This document shows positions 47,394 to 57,411 of a DNA stretch of 64,000 nt, piece by piece. Numbering within the stretch: the first letter of the stretch is position 1; each line of letters opens with the position of its first letter. The notes below the pieces were generated by a model, which had not been told where the DNA came from, searched no databases, and saw only the letters and a list, made by a program, of their open reading frames with translations. A program made the position numbers and the translations under genes. The DNA is from a virus, in IMG/VR virus record IMGVR_UViG_3300011008_000009, positions 74,579 through 138,578 of that record; one strand, 5' to 3'.

Positions 47394-47422
47394 TTGACTT
47401 TTCTCTAATATTATGGTATAAT
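47394..47422 (+). promoter_or_regulatory. sigma70-type promoter, repeated family
   Basis: TTGACT-17-TATAAT then ATATATAGTAAATGAGAAAGG. Confidence 0.85.
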
Positions 47423-47452
47423 ATATATAGTAAATGAGAAAGGGGAAACAAT

Positions 47453-47593
47453 ATGAGTAAGTTTAGATGTACAGGTTGTCCTTATCACTGGAGAGAAGAG
47501 GAAGAGGATTTTCGTCGTTGCCACTTTGAAGGTTTAGGTCTTGCACCTTGTGAGCAGGAAGAGTACGATGATTACTATAACGAAGAACAGTAA
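47453..47593 (+). CDS. small Cys-containing hypothetical protein
   Basis: MSKFRCTGCPYHWREEEEDFRRCHFEGLG. Confidence 0.55.
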   Translation: MSKFRCTGCPYHWREEEEDFRRCHFEGLGLAPCEQEEYDDYYNEEQ

Positions 47594-47607
47594 GAAAGGG
47601 GAGTAAT

Positions 47608-48414
47608 ATGGGAAATTATACTCATTGGTGCGCCGCAGCCTACGACAAAGTAGTAGAACTTGGCTACGAGCCTTTGGTTGTAAATCTTTATGGTTCACAG
47701 AACTACGAAATGGAGACCGAAAATTCTGATTTCGACTTTAAAGCCATAGTTCTTCCTTCAATAGATGATGTAATATGCAATCATCCTCCTATTTCAACAA
47801 GCATAGTATTTAACAGTGGTCTTAAAGATAACAGTGGTCTTATAGATATAAAGGATATAAGACTTATGTGGGATAATTACAAGAAACAAAATCCTAATTT
47901 TATAGAAACTCTGTTCACTCCATATTTCTGCGCTAATCCTAAATATGTAACTGATTGGTTTGATATAAGAGATTTGGCAGAAGATATAGCTCACGCAGAT
48001 CCGGCTAAGGCGGTCAAAGCGATGTATGGTATGGCGCTCGAAAAGCAGCACGCATTGTGCCAGCCTTACCCTTCAAAGTTAGAGTTGATAAACAAGTATG
48101 GCTATGATAGCAAACAGCTTAGTCATATAATAAGACTTTACGCTTTGGCTTTAAATTATATAGAAGGGGAACCCTATAAAGATTGTTTAATACCAAACGA
48201 TTTTACAAAAACTCTTTGTATAAATATAAAGACTTATAATACTCAACTAACCGTCGAAAAGGCACAGGAAATGGCTGAAAACTATATGCTCTGTTTTAAG
48301 GCACTTGTTGATAAGTTCCTTCAAGAAGAACACCCAGTAAACGATAGACCTTATTACGCGATGGACGTATTCAAGGCTCGCATAATGAAGAAATATTTCA
48401 AGGAGCAGTTATAA
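47608..48414 (+). CDS. RlaP-like nucleotidyltransferase (RNA-repair-associated polymerase-beta family)
   Basis: VNLYGSQNYEMETENSDFDFKAIVLPS (GS...SDxD) N-terminal motif. Confidence 0.75.
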   Translation: MGNYTHWCAAAYDKVVELGYEPLVVNLYGSQNYEMETENSDFDFKAIVLPSIDDVICNHPPISTSIVFNSGLKDNSGLIDIKDIRLMWDNYKKQNPNFIETLFTPYFCANPKYVTDWFDIRDLAEDIAHADPAKAVKAMYGMALEKQHALCQPYPSKLELINKYGYDSKQLSHIIRLYALALNYIEGEPYKDCLIPNDFTKTLCINIKTYNTQLTVEKAQEMAENYMLCFKALVDKFLQEEHPVNDRPYYAMDVFKARIMKKYFKEQL

Positions 48415-48423
48415 GCTCCTTAT

Positions 48424-48500
48424 GAAGGCGTGACGCAATCGGCAGACGTGGTTGGCTCAAACCCAACATTTTGAGAGTTCAAATCTCTCCGCCTTTACCA
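48424..48500 (+). tRNA. tRNA-Leu(CAA)
   Basis: GTTGG-CTCAAAC-CCAAC; GAGAG-TTCAAAT-CTCTC; CCA. Confidence 0.85.
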
Positions 48501-48656
48501 AAGGGATTGCCCTTATCGGTATCACAGATATTGACCGCGGCTAGTAAACTCTATCTTGGATATTCGGGATTAAAAAATATGTGTATATGGGCGTAATCAT
48601 TGTCCCTCCCCAATAACTTAAAAGGCACTCGATAAATATTATTGGGTGCTTTTTAT

Positions 48657-48685
48657 TTGACTTTTTTTGAAAAATATGGTATAAT
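48657..48685 (+). promoter_or_regulatory. sigma70-type promoter, repeated family
   Basis: TTGACT-17-TATAAT. Confidence 0.8.
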
Positions 48686-48721
48686 TATATTATAGGAAAG
48701 GGAAAGAAAGGAGAAAACAAT

Positions 48722-49062
48722 ATGAATATTTGGGAAGCAACAAAAGCACTTGAAGAGGGTAAGAAGATACACTATGTTAAGTGGGCGCCGGTGATTACAT
48801 CTACTATGACAAAATCAGAAAAGATATCTTTAGTTCGTTCGGAGAGAGATGTAGTGAGTCGGTACCCTTTCACTTAGAGGGTTGGGAAATATATGAGGAT
48901 AAGTTCATAGAACTTCCCAGTGATGATGATGAACTGATAAAAGCAAAATGCCGTCATTGCGGTCGTGTACACACAAGAGGGCTGGATACCACTCCTTATA
49001 TTTATTGTCCTTATTATGGTAAAGACTCAAGAATACCTATACCGAAAGGAGAAACAATATGA
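48722..49062 (+). pseudogene. small phage protein with apparent frame break at GGGCGCCGG
   Basis: frame 1 MNIWEATKALEEGKKIHYVKW then other-frame GDYIYYDKIRKDIFSSFGERC...; ORF track lists only 48781..49062 with GTG start. Confidence 0.6.
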
Positions 49063-49307
49063 GAAGTTACAGAGCTTATAGACCTGTTACAAGATACATT
49101 TTCTTCGGTAGAACCAACAACGAGGTAAAGTTCTCAGATGTTTTCATTTACCATCACTCACCGAGCATCAGAGAACTCAACAGAGACCTTGAAAATTACG
49201 TTAGAGCAGAGGGCGCAGTTTACGATGTAGAGAACCACACTCACAGCCGTTGGACAGGAACAATCGAACCCTTAGAGGAGGACGACGAGTATGTTTATGA
49301 TAATTAA
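49059..49307 (+). CDS. hypothetical protein
   Basis: coupled ORF. Confidence 0.55.
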   Translation: MRSYRAYRPVTRYIFFGRTNNEVKFSDVFIYHHSPSIRELNRDLENYVRAEGAVYDVENHTHSRWTGTIEPLEEDDEYVYDN

Positions 49308-49461
49308 GAATTGGCTTATACTTCATAAGAAAGAAGTATGCTTTCTGTTAGCTTGGACGCTCTTCATCATAGGCGCGGGCGCCATGGAGAAATCAATTGC
49401 TTTGGGGTTCAGTCTGCTTGGCGCTGCCTTTATATTCTTAATAGTGTAAGGAGTGAAAATA

Positions 49462-49757
49462 TGATACCACCGGTACAACCTTTAAATCAAACTAACTTAC
49501 AGCTTAAGTCTGATAGTAAGGAAAGTCCTAAGCCTAAAACTTCTACCACTCCCGATAACATTTCCAAACCGATAGAATGGTTCTGCGATAACTGTCACAA
49601 CTACTTTAAAGTTCCTGACCCGATACGTTATGTTTACAGTCCCGATGAGGGCGAGTTAATCAGTAAAAAGGAACTTAATTGTCCTTTCTGCGGCGGAACC
49701 AAAATTTATAATAATAAAACCGAATGTTTTAGGGAGAAGTTATGGCAAAAAATTTAA
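49462..49757 (+). CDS. hypothetical zinc-ribbon-like protein (start within ORF 49338)
   Basis: WFCDNCHNYFKVPDP..LNCPFCGG. Confidence 0.55.
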
Positions 49758-50713
49758 CCGAAAAGATATTTGAGAACAAGGATATTACCATCAGTAAGAA
49801 GCATTACAGTCAGCTATATAACGAAAGAGAGAAGTATAAAAAGCAAAGTCAAGTCACCACTATCGGCGCCATATTAGTGGGAATGGCATTGATAGCAGCT
49901 AATATACTCGGTTATATAGCTTACACCTGCTCCATTGGTGATGCGAAAGCCAAAATAGAAGAAGCTAACGCTGAAAATCAAAGGTTAGCTGAGGAAAATA
50001 ATAGACAAGCTGTTGAACTCTTCGAGTATGAAAATGAAACAAAGCAGTTGATAGACCGTATAAGTTTTTTGGCTTTTACAGATGCGATGTATGAAGAGGA
50101 ACTAGAAGAGCAAATTGTAAAGTTAGAAACACCAGAAGTAAGTGACCAAGAAGTCCCAGTCACTAAGACGTCGGCGCCGGTTCGTAATTGGCAAGACTAT
50201 GTAAACCTATTTACTATTGGGCAAAGCGTTCCTCTTCCTTTTGGCATTGACACTAACACCTTTCGCTGTATGGATTATCGAACCATAACTACGGGTTCTC
50301 AATATGCAATTCAGCAGAAAAGTTATACAGATTACTCCAATGGATTAAGATATTATCTCTACAATGGAGAGAAGTATTACACTGTCGCTCTTGCCACAGC
50401 TTATGGAATAGATATTGGCAACGCCTATGAAGTTACTCTAGCAAATGGGGCTACTTTCAAAATAATGCACGCCGAATACAAGCACGATATTAGATATCCA
50501 AGTCCTACTGACTATGGTGATAATGATGTCAACTATGACGGTGAAAACACTATAAGTGTTATCGAGTTCGTATATGATTGGGTAAACGCGCCGGCACAAC
50601 TAATATCTGACGGAGAAGCTAATCGTTGGTTAGGCGAGGGCTGCGACATCTATGGTGATAGTTGTAATATAATCAAAATGGTTTATTTAGGAAAGATATG
50701 GAGTGCAAACTAA
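49742..50713 (+). CDS. membrane protein with coiled coil
   Basis: TM segment near N-terminus, then helical region. Confidence 0.55.
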   Translation: MAKNLTEKIFENKDITISKKHYSQLYNEREKYKKQSQVTTIGAILVGMALIAANILGYIAYTCSIGDAKAKIEEANAENQRLAEENNRQAVELFEYENETKQLIDRISFLAFTDAMYEEELEEQIVKLETPEVSDQEVPVTKTSAPVRNWQDYVNLFTIGQSVPLPFGIDTNTFRCMDYRTITTGSQYAIQQKSYTDYSNGLRYYLYNGEKYYTVALATAYGIDIGNAYEVTLANGATFKIMHAEYKHDIRYPSPTDYGDNDVNYDGENTISVIEFVYDWVNAPAQLISDGEANRWLGEGCDIYGDSCNIIKMVYLGKIWSAN

Positions 50714-50964
50714 TGGAAGTTAAACATTTTCGTTCTATCAGACTCGATAATATGGAACAGATAAAGAATTTCAATGCTGTGGTGTTAAAGTATAAATACG
50801 ACATTGATATAGTTTACAGTAGATATGTAGTCAATGCCAAATCATTACTTGCTCTGTTTAGTCTTGACCTGCCTGGCGTAGTCACAATGGTGGTTTATGA
50901 ATATGGCAATCGAGAAGAAGTTATGGAGCTGATGGAAGCACTGAAAGATTTCATTATAGATTGA
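50698..50964 (+). CDS. hypothetical protein
   Basis: coupled ORF. Confidence 0.5.
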   Translation: MECKLMEVKHFRSIRLDNMEQIKNFNAVVLKYKYDIDIVYSRYVVNAKSLLALFSLDLPGVVTMVVYEYGNREEVMELMEALKDFIID

Positions 50965-50983
50965 ATAGAACAGGAGATAACTA

Positions 50984-51163
50984 TGAGATGTACAATATGC
51001 AACAAGGTTCTGCCAGACGATGAAGATAAGCTGACAGAAATGAAGTGTGAACTCTATTATGGACTGCCCAAGGCTGGGCGCTCGCACCTAATGGCGGTTA
51101 TATGTCCTGAATGTCACGCCGAAAGAACAACACCAAACTATAGTACTAAAAAGGAGAACTAAT
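50984..51163 (+). CDS. small Cys-pair protein
   Basis: MRCTICNKVLPDDEDK..VICPECHAERTTP. Confidence 0.55.
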
Positions 51164-51164
51164 T

Positions 51165-51623
51165 ATGAGCAAGTATTTATCTGAATCAGAGTTTGATCAG
51201 TGGATTAAGGACTATTATCTGGAATTTTGTATGAGTGATGATTTTGTGGCTCACGTTTTCGGCGCCGAAAGCATCTCAAACAAAAAGCACGGAATAATTA
51301 TTATCAACAAACATAACGGAAAAGTTGCTCGTTCCTACTGTCACCCCGACGATAAGTGGGATTACACAATAGGTATCGCAATTGCTTATGCCCACTATAT
51401 GGGAATAGAAATACCGAAGATAGATAAGACTTATTTCATAGAAGATCTGGTAGGTAAGGAAGTTGTACTTCCGGCTAGTTTCGGTAGTTCATCGACCGTT
51501 TTTGTAACTCCTTATAAAAGGGGAGGCTATCAGATAGTAGTCAATAAATTTACGGGTCTTTCTTTCAAGGTTCATCCGCGCCTGCTAATCCGAGAACACG
51601 ATATAAAAGATATAACAGATTAA
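51165..51623 (+). CDS. hypothetical protein
   Basis: ORF. Confidence 0.6.
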   Translation: MSKYLSESEFDQWIKDYYLEFCMSDDFVAHVFGAESISNKKHGIIIINKHNGKVARSYCHPDDKWDYTIGIAIAYAHYMGIEIPKIDKTYFIEDLVGKEVVLPASFGSSSTVFVTPYKRGGYQIVVNKFTGLSFKVHPRLLIREHDIKDITD

Positions 51624-51718
51624 ATATTCCCGATCGCGCCCTTGCTTATGTATGGGCGCGTTACTTATATCGGGGTAGGTATAGGTGTCGGCGCCGATAC
51701 GTAGGAGTGTATATGGTA

Positions 51719-51747
51719 TTGACTTTTCTTTAATATTATGGTATAAT
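51719..51747 (+). promoter_or_regulatory. sigma70-type promoter, repeated family
   Basis: TTGACT-17-TATAAT, then ATATATAGTAAAG. Confidence 0.85.
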
Positions 51748-51782
51748 ATATATAGTAAAGAAAAAGAAAGGAAGAAACTACT

Positions 51783-52523
51783 ATGAACATTAACTCTGCT
51801 ATTCGTTACACAGTTAGACAGTTCATTAATGATTTCTTAACCACCTATGGTATCTTCTCCTATCAGACGATATATCAGTATGAGAAAGCTCTTGATAGAC
51901 GCGATGCCACTATCTATGTAAATAATTATTATTATCCCTTTACAGCGACCTACGGAGCTACTAAGCTCTGCTTAATCTTTGATGATTGCGATTATGTTAT
52001 AAAAATTCCAATATACGCAAATCTGGAACGTGATGAGGGTCGTACACTTTCTAGGTCTTGTTTGGAGAAAGTTAAAAGGGGCAGATACGTTGCTTTTGAA
52101 AATGAAGAGAACTACTGCGAGAAAGAAGCTAACATCTACTCTGCAGCAGAAGAATGGGATATTAACCGTTTCTTCGCAGAAGAAGAACGTATTATGGTTT
52201 ATCACGGCGTTCCTGTCTATGCTCAGGAAAAGATTGAAGAAACTTATGAAGAGTCGGACCGTTATGTCGAAGAGGACGATGGAGAACTCTTAGATGATGT
52301 ACAAAGAGTAATAGACCGTAGTGAATATGGTTTTGATGTAGAGATGTTTCTGGATAACACGAACTTCATCAATGACCTCTATACTTTTGATGAAGAGGGT
52401 TTCTCTGCCCTGCTTGACTTCATTGAAGAGAATGGTATTAACGATTTACATTCGGCTAATGTCGGTTATAACAAATACGGTGAGCCTAAGATAATAGACT
52501 ATTCGGGTTTTGGAAACAGCTGA
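51783..52523 (+). CDS. hypothetical protein
   Basis: ORF directly behind a family promoter. Confidence 0.65.
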   Translation: MNINSAIRYTVRQFINDFLTTYGIFSYQTIYQYEKALDRRDATIYVNNYYYPFTATYGATKLCLIFDDCDYVIKIPIYANLERDEGRTLSRSCLEKVKRGRYVAFENEENYCEKEANIYSAAEEWDINRFFAEEERIMVYHGVPVYAQEKIEETYEESDRYVEEDDGELLDDVQRVIDRSEYGFDVEMFLDNTNFINDLYTFDEEGFSALLDFIEENGINDLHSANVGYNKYGEPKIIDYSGFGNS

Positions 52524-52771
52524 GAAAGGAATAAATCGTTTGATAGGTGTCGGCGCCGTGGAGGATAATATGAATACTGTAATAGTGCTGATTTTATGTT
52601 TAGCCTCTTTGTTTACAGGCTTTGTATTAGGGGCTTATTTTGTGTGGGATTACTTTCAGAAACACTGAAAGTTTGGTGAAAAATTTATAGTGTCATAATT
52701 AGAATTTCACTCTTTGACGAAATTCACGGAAAATCTTATTTTAATAATATGGTAATAACGGAGGATAGGAA

Positions 52772-52999
52772 ATGAAATTAAGTTATTATGGTTCTGATGA
52801 AAAGGTTAGGTCTTTTGCGATTAAGAAGACGACTACTAGTAGCAACAGAGACCATATTAAGGATTGCTATACTTTTAATGGTACGGTTAAGATAGAACCT
52901 GATAACAATGAGAAGATAGTAATTGTGAGAGATGGTGAGGATATAATAAGAATAGACATAATGAAGATGAATGTGAGGGACGATGTAATATTACCGTAG
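52772..52999 (+). CDS. hypothetical protein
   Basis: ORF with GGA RBS. Confidence 0.5.
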   Translation: MKLSYYGSDEKVRSFAIKKTTTSSNRDHIKDCYTFNGTVKIEPDNNEKIVIVRDGEDIIRIDIMKMNVRDDVILP

Positions 53000-53059
53000 T
53001 AACGTAGAGCGTTACTATTATGGTAACGTATTACGTTACTATTAAGGTAGTGAATTTAC

Positions 53060-53400
53060 GTTTGGGGTAGGGTTAAAAGTTATACACTAAGTTTAGGGGT
53101 AGGTATCGGCGCCTAGGTGATAGAAAATTAGGGGTAGGGTAGGTGGTAAGTTATAGGGGTAGGGTAGAAATTATAGGGGTAGGTATCAGGGTAGTAGATA
53201 TAGTGTAAAATAGGGTAGGTATTGGGCTAAATGGTAGTAGGGTAGGGTGGTGGTACGAATTGCGTTATTATAATAGTAGGGTAGGTAGTAACGAAGGTGG
53301 TAACGAATTACGTTACTATTATAGTAAAGTAATAAGGGGTAGGGGTAGGGGTAGGTGGTAGGGGTAGGGGTAGGGGTAGGTGGTAGGGTAGGTGGCAGAA
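53060..53400 (+). repeat. G-rich (GGGGTAG/GGTAGG)n repeat region, G-quadruplex potential
   Basis: e.g. aggggtaggggtaggggtaggtggtaggggtaggggtaggggtagg. Confidence 0.8.
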
Positions 53401-54063
53401 GGCGGTAGACGGTCGGTCTAGGTGTCGGCGCCTAGGTGGGTAGCGATAGTGTTGATGATCGCCGCGTTAGCGGCGTACTAGGCGACAGTGGTAGCCATAA
53501 TGGTAACCGCCGTTCCTGCTATGGCTTGCTCCTAACCGTTACTATTAGCCCTCCAGAACCCTACCCTACCCTGTAGTACTCCCTTGGGTAAAACTTTTAA
53601 CCTAGAGCAATTTACTATAAGTGAATGATAGGTTGAGAGGTAGGCGAGGATAGGTTTTAAGCGTTGTTGATAGGTTAAAAGATAGTTAGGTTAAAGAGAG
53701 TTATGGTACAGAGGGTTGTGGCGTTATGTAGAAGGTTGTGGCTGCCCCGTTCCTCAATGATTGTCAACTCCTCAACGACTGTCAAATCTTTAACTTCTCC
53801 TCTCCTTTACCCCTCGATCCCGCGCAGCTCATATCTCATCTATCCACCTCTCCACCCTCCCTACCTGTTGACAATTCCCAAAACCTATGATATAATATAT
53901 ATAGTGAGAACGGAAAAGACCTTCCAATTCCTTTAAGGAATGAGGCTATCAAGGATTTGACAAAAATCAAAACCTATGATATAATATTAATAGAGAAAGG
54001 GAAAGGAACCCTTTCCAAGAAACTAACACGACAGGGATAAAATCCCAGAAAGAGAGTACTACT

Positions 54064-54369
54064 ATGACAAAGATGACTGCAACTGAAATGAACGCTTTTG
54101 TAAAGGCAACCGCTGCTGAGTTCCTCGACAAGGAGACCGCTACTCAGATTGACGACTACACTTGGGCAATCCCCGTAGAGACTGAGGACGGCGTGAGATA
54201 TGCTAAGGTAACTATCACTGCGGCGCTCGCTAAGGCAACTAAGGTAAACCCCGCATTCGATCTCGACGCTGCTGTTCAGGCGTATGAGAACAAGAAGAGA
54301 GAGCGCGAGATTAAGGCTGACGAAGCCGCTGCGAAGAAAGCAGCAAAGGCGGCGAAGGCAACCAAGTAA
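54064..54369 (+). CDS. small protein with Lys/Ala-rich tail
   Basis: NKKREREIKADEAAAKKAAKAAKATK. Confidence 0.65.
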   Translation: MTKMTATEMNAFVKATAAEFLDKETATQIDDYTWAIPVETEDGVRYAKVTITAALAKATKVNPAFDLDAAVQAYENKKREREIKADEAAAKKAAKAAKATK

Positions 54370-54530
54370 TAGTAACGTATGGTAATGTAATATCGTAAGA
54401 TGTGGCGGCTTCGGTCGCCACGTTTTTTTGTGTAAAAATTAGTTAGAAAAACTAATTATCGCGTTGTTACGCGCCAAAAATTAGGTTTTTTTTACTATTA
54501 TACCACACTTTTTGAAAAAAGTCAAACATT

Positions 54531-54682
54531 TCGCAGCTCAAAACGTTAAAAATAGTTAGATTATCTAACGGTCGCAGCTCACCAAAGTCTAGGGTCGGGC
54601 GCAGCTCACATCGACGCAGCTCAGGGCTTCGCAGCTCACAGCTCACCGGCCCAGACTCAGCTCACCCAGCTCGCAGCTCACG
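54531..54682 (+). repeat. GCAGCTCA direct-repeat cluster at the junction of opposing gene blocks
   Basis: GCAGCTCA at 54533, 54573, 54601, 54615, 54631, 54674 plus partial copies. Confidence 0.8.
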
Positions 54683-54910
54683 GAGGTTTGGTAGTTGAAG
54701 GTTTGACAGCCGGCCGCCGAACTTTAGTACGTCAAAGTGTGACAATTTAATACTTTAACGCGGCGACGCTTTAACGTGGTAAAGGAGTACTCGTTGAACA
54801 CTTGACACTTTTGAACTTTAGTGCGCGAAAATCCGACGTCGAATTTTAGTACTTTAAAGCGCTAAAGTGATTAGATATGAAAAAAGGGCGGTAATTAGCC
54901 GCCCTAATTA

Positions 54911-55342
54911 TTAATATGTTCCGTCAAATTTTCCTTCTTTTGTAAAGTAAATTTCTGCGGCAGTGCTACCAGTAAGGTCTCTGTTGTCGGTTATTTTCAA
55001 ATCTATCCAACCGCCGTCACCGTCACGAGAACCTTCCCACGAATACGGAATACCGGCTTGTGTCAATGCCGTTTCAAGTATTGCTTGGTCAGTGTCTCCA
55101 ATGGGTACGTCTTCGATGTCAACCTTTTTATTGGCTTCGGCTTCGGGTGTCCAACCGTCTTTAGTGATGAACTCACCAGACTGTGAAACGAGTTCTATAA
55201 ACTCGGCACGGGTCATTCCAATGTCTTTACAGAGGTCTTCCATTTCGGAAAGTGTAAAATCCTTTTCGGTCTTTTCCCACCAGTTGAGGAAGAGAGTTGT
55301 AAATCTTTCGTTTGAAATTGCCATAATATTACTTCCTTTCAA
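54911..55342 (-). CDS. hypothetical protein
   Basis: ORF with reverse-strand promoter-like sequence upstream. Confidence 0.6.
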   Translation of the reverse strand: MKGSNIMAISNERFTTLFLNWWEKTEKDFTLSEMEDLCKDIGMTRAEFIELVSQSGEFITKDGWTPEAEANKKVDIEDVPIGDTDQAILETALTQAGIPYSWEGSRDGDGGWIDLKITDNRDLTGSTAAEIYFTKEGKFDGTY

Positions 55343-55701
55343 TTACATAATGTCCGCGGGGTGTAAGAAAAATTCGATTTACGCGGAAACCGTTTTTACT
55401 ACAATAGTTTACTGCCTGAATGCGTTGAGAGAAAATTTCAATTGCCTGTTTCTCGTGGGTTATGTTGTTGATAAAATAGACTATGAACATTTTTTTTGTT
55501 CTCCTTTCCTTTACTGTAATTATATTATATCACACTATTAGAAAAATGTCAAGTAGTAATATTGCACAAATGTATCGGCGCCGACTTGTATAGTTTGCAC
55601 TTTAGTAGTTTAAAGCGGGGAAGTTCGACGTCTAATTTTAGTGCATTAAAGTGATGAAGTAGTTAGATAAACTAAAAGGCGCCGAAGCGCCCGATAGTTA
55701 G

Positions 55702-55905
55702 TTATTCTAATTCTTCAAATTCTTCTTCTGTCATAAAACTATCTTCACTACATATATGTTCTCCCTCTTTACTGAAAGTTTCACACAGTACTTTGTCACC
55801 AATTAACCAATAAATATACATATAATCACTTTCTATATCTATTGAAGTTGCATATCTAAAACCCAAAATGTTAAGTGCCTTCTTAATTAATTCGTATTCA
55901 TTCAT
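55702..55905 (-). CDS. hypothetical protein
   Basis: ORF. Confidence 0.55.
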   Translation of the reverse strand: MNEYELIKKALNILGFRYATSIDIESDYMYIYWLIGDKVLCETFSKEGEHICSEDSFMTEEEFEELE

Positions 55906-55909
55906 ACCT

Positions 55910-56167
55910 TTATGCCCCCAAAATTTTTATTATCAGTACTGCCGCGGCAATTCCTGTCATAGCCGCATTTTTGATTATATCGCTTTTATTCTGCTTAATT
56001 GCTATACTACGGATTAAGATTATTACATCGGTTACAAGAAATGTTATCTGTCCGACATAGAAGAAAAATCCGATAGTTACCTGACCGACTATCAAGCCGA
56101 TAAGAGCGACATAGTTGACGAGTTCCCAAAATTTTTTGATTGATTTCTTTTTCATTTGTGTTACCAC
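55910..56167 (-). CDS. small membrane protein
   Basis: three hydrophobic segments. Confidence 0.6.
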   Translation of the reverse strand: MVTQMKKKSIKKFWELVNYVALIGLIVGQVTIGFFFYVGQITFLVTDVIILIRSIAIKQNKSDIIKNAAMTGIAAAVLIIKILGA

Positions 56168-56361
56168 CTTTCCTTTACTGTATCTATATTATAACATATA
56201 TATAGTAAAAAGTCAAGTAGTAATATTGCACAAAGTTATCGGCGCCGGTTTGTACATAATGCTCGCTTTAAAGGACTAAAGTCCGACGTCCAATTTTAGC
56301 GCTTTAAAGTGGTGAAGTGGTTAGATAGTAAAATAGGGCGGTAGTTAGCCGCCCTACATAT

Positions 56362-56790
56362 TTAGTCAAGGGAAGTGATATTTATCACCCTTTCTTTGTC
56401 TATTAGAATGAGATGACCACCACGCATTGCAAAGCAGTAGTTATCCATACCCTCCACAACGTACATTAAAACGAGAGGTACGTCGTTTGTTGTGTTTACG
56501 ATTACCCACTCACCCACCTTAGGAGTATATCTTTTCTCTTCCTTTTCATAATATACGGGCTGTCCTGTACAACGCGCCCACGCGTAAGCGATACCGACAA
56601 CATCGTTGTTCTTATCATTCGGAGATTTTCTTGCTACACCAACCTTTGAGCGGAGATAAACATAGGTGCAGTTCTTTTTTGTGCGTACGATAGCGTCCTC
56701 ATTCTGTACAAACTGCCGATGCATTGCTCTCACCCACTTGCGGAAAGCGTCCTTAGAAATGTAGTTCTTTTCTGTTCTTGTTTCTCTCAT
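56362..56790 (-). CDS. hypothetical protein
   Basis: ORF. Confidence 0.6.
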   Translation of the reverse strand: MRETRTEKNYISKDAFRKWVRAMHRQFVQNEDAIVRTKKNCTYVYLRSKVGVARKSPNDKNNDVVGIAYAWARCTGQPVYYEKEEKRYTPKVGEWVIVNTTNDVPLVLMYVVEGMDNYCFAMRGGHLILIDKERVINITSLD

Positions 56791-57045
56791 AGTGATTGCC
56801 CTTTCTGGTGTTCGGGATTTTCCTTTCCCTTTACTGTAATTATATTATATCATACTTTTTGGAATTTGTCAATAGGTTTTTTGAAAAATTAGCAGACGCT
56901 AACCACTTTAATGCTTTAAAGCACCACAATCCGACGTCCGATTTTAGTGTATTAAAGCATTAAAAAATCGGCGGGCGCCCGCACTTTAAAGTGCTAAAGT
57001 GCAAAAGCAAAAATTAGGGGGCGGTTGCCCGCCCCGTTAGTTAGT

Positions 57046-57411
57046 TTACTTACTTTCTTTGAGTGCCTTGTTCGCTTCGCGCTTGGCTTTCTTCTCGGCT
57101 CTCTCCTTTTCGGCGAGTGCTTTCTTTTCGGCAAGGAGCTTCGCCTTGTCCTCTCTCTCCTTTACCGTTGCACTGTATTCCTTGATAGCATTGTCAAGGT
57201 TGAAGTCGGACTTGTGGAGTGTGAACTTGACCGAGCCGTAAGCGGTGTACTGCTTAGTTCCGCTATCTACATCACCGACTTCAAAGGTAAGCGTCTGCAA
57301 ATCCTTTGTGCGGTCAACGATAAAGCCCGCGTTTACAAGCGTGTTGTAGAGCTTTGCAACAGTGGAAGTTGTGAGTTCGTTGCGGATTGCTGTTTCAGTC
57401 ATCTTAGCCAT
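57046..57411 (-). CDS. small protein, paralogue of 59792..60181, Lys/Ala-rich tail
   Basis: TETAIRNELTTSTVAKLYNTLVNAGFIVDRTKDLQTLTFEVGDVDSGTK. Confidence 0.7.
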   Translation of the reverse strand: MAKMTETAIRNELTTSTVAKLYNTLVNAGFIVDRTKDLQTLTFEVGDVDSGTKQYTAYGSVKFTLHKSDFNLDNAIKEYSATVKEREDKAKLLAEKKALAEKERAEKKAKREANKALKESK

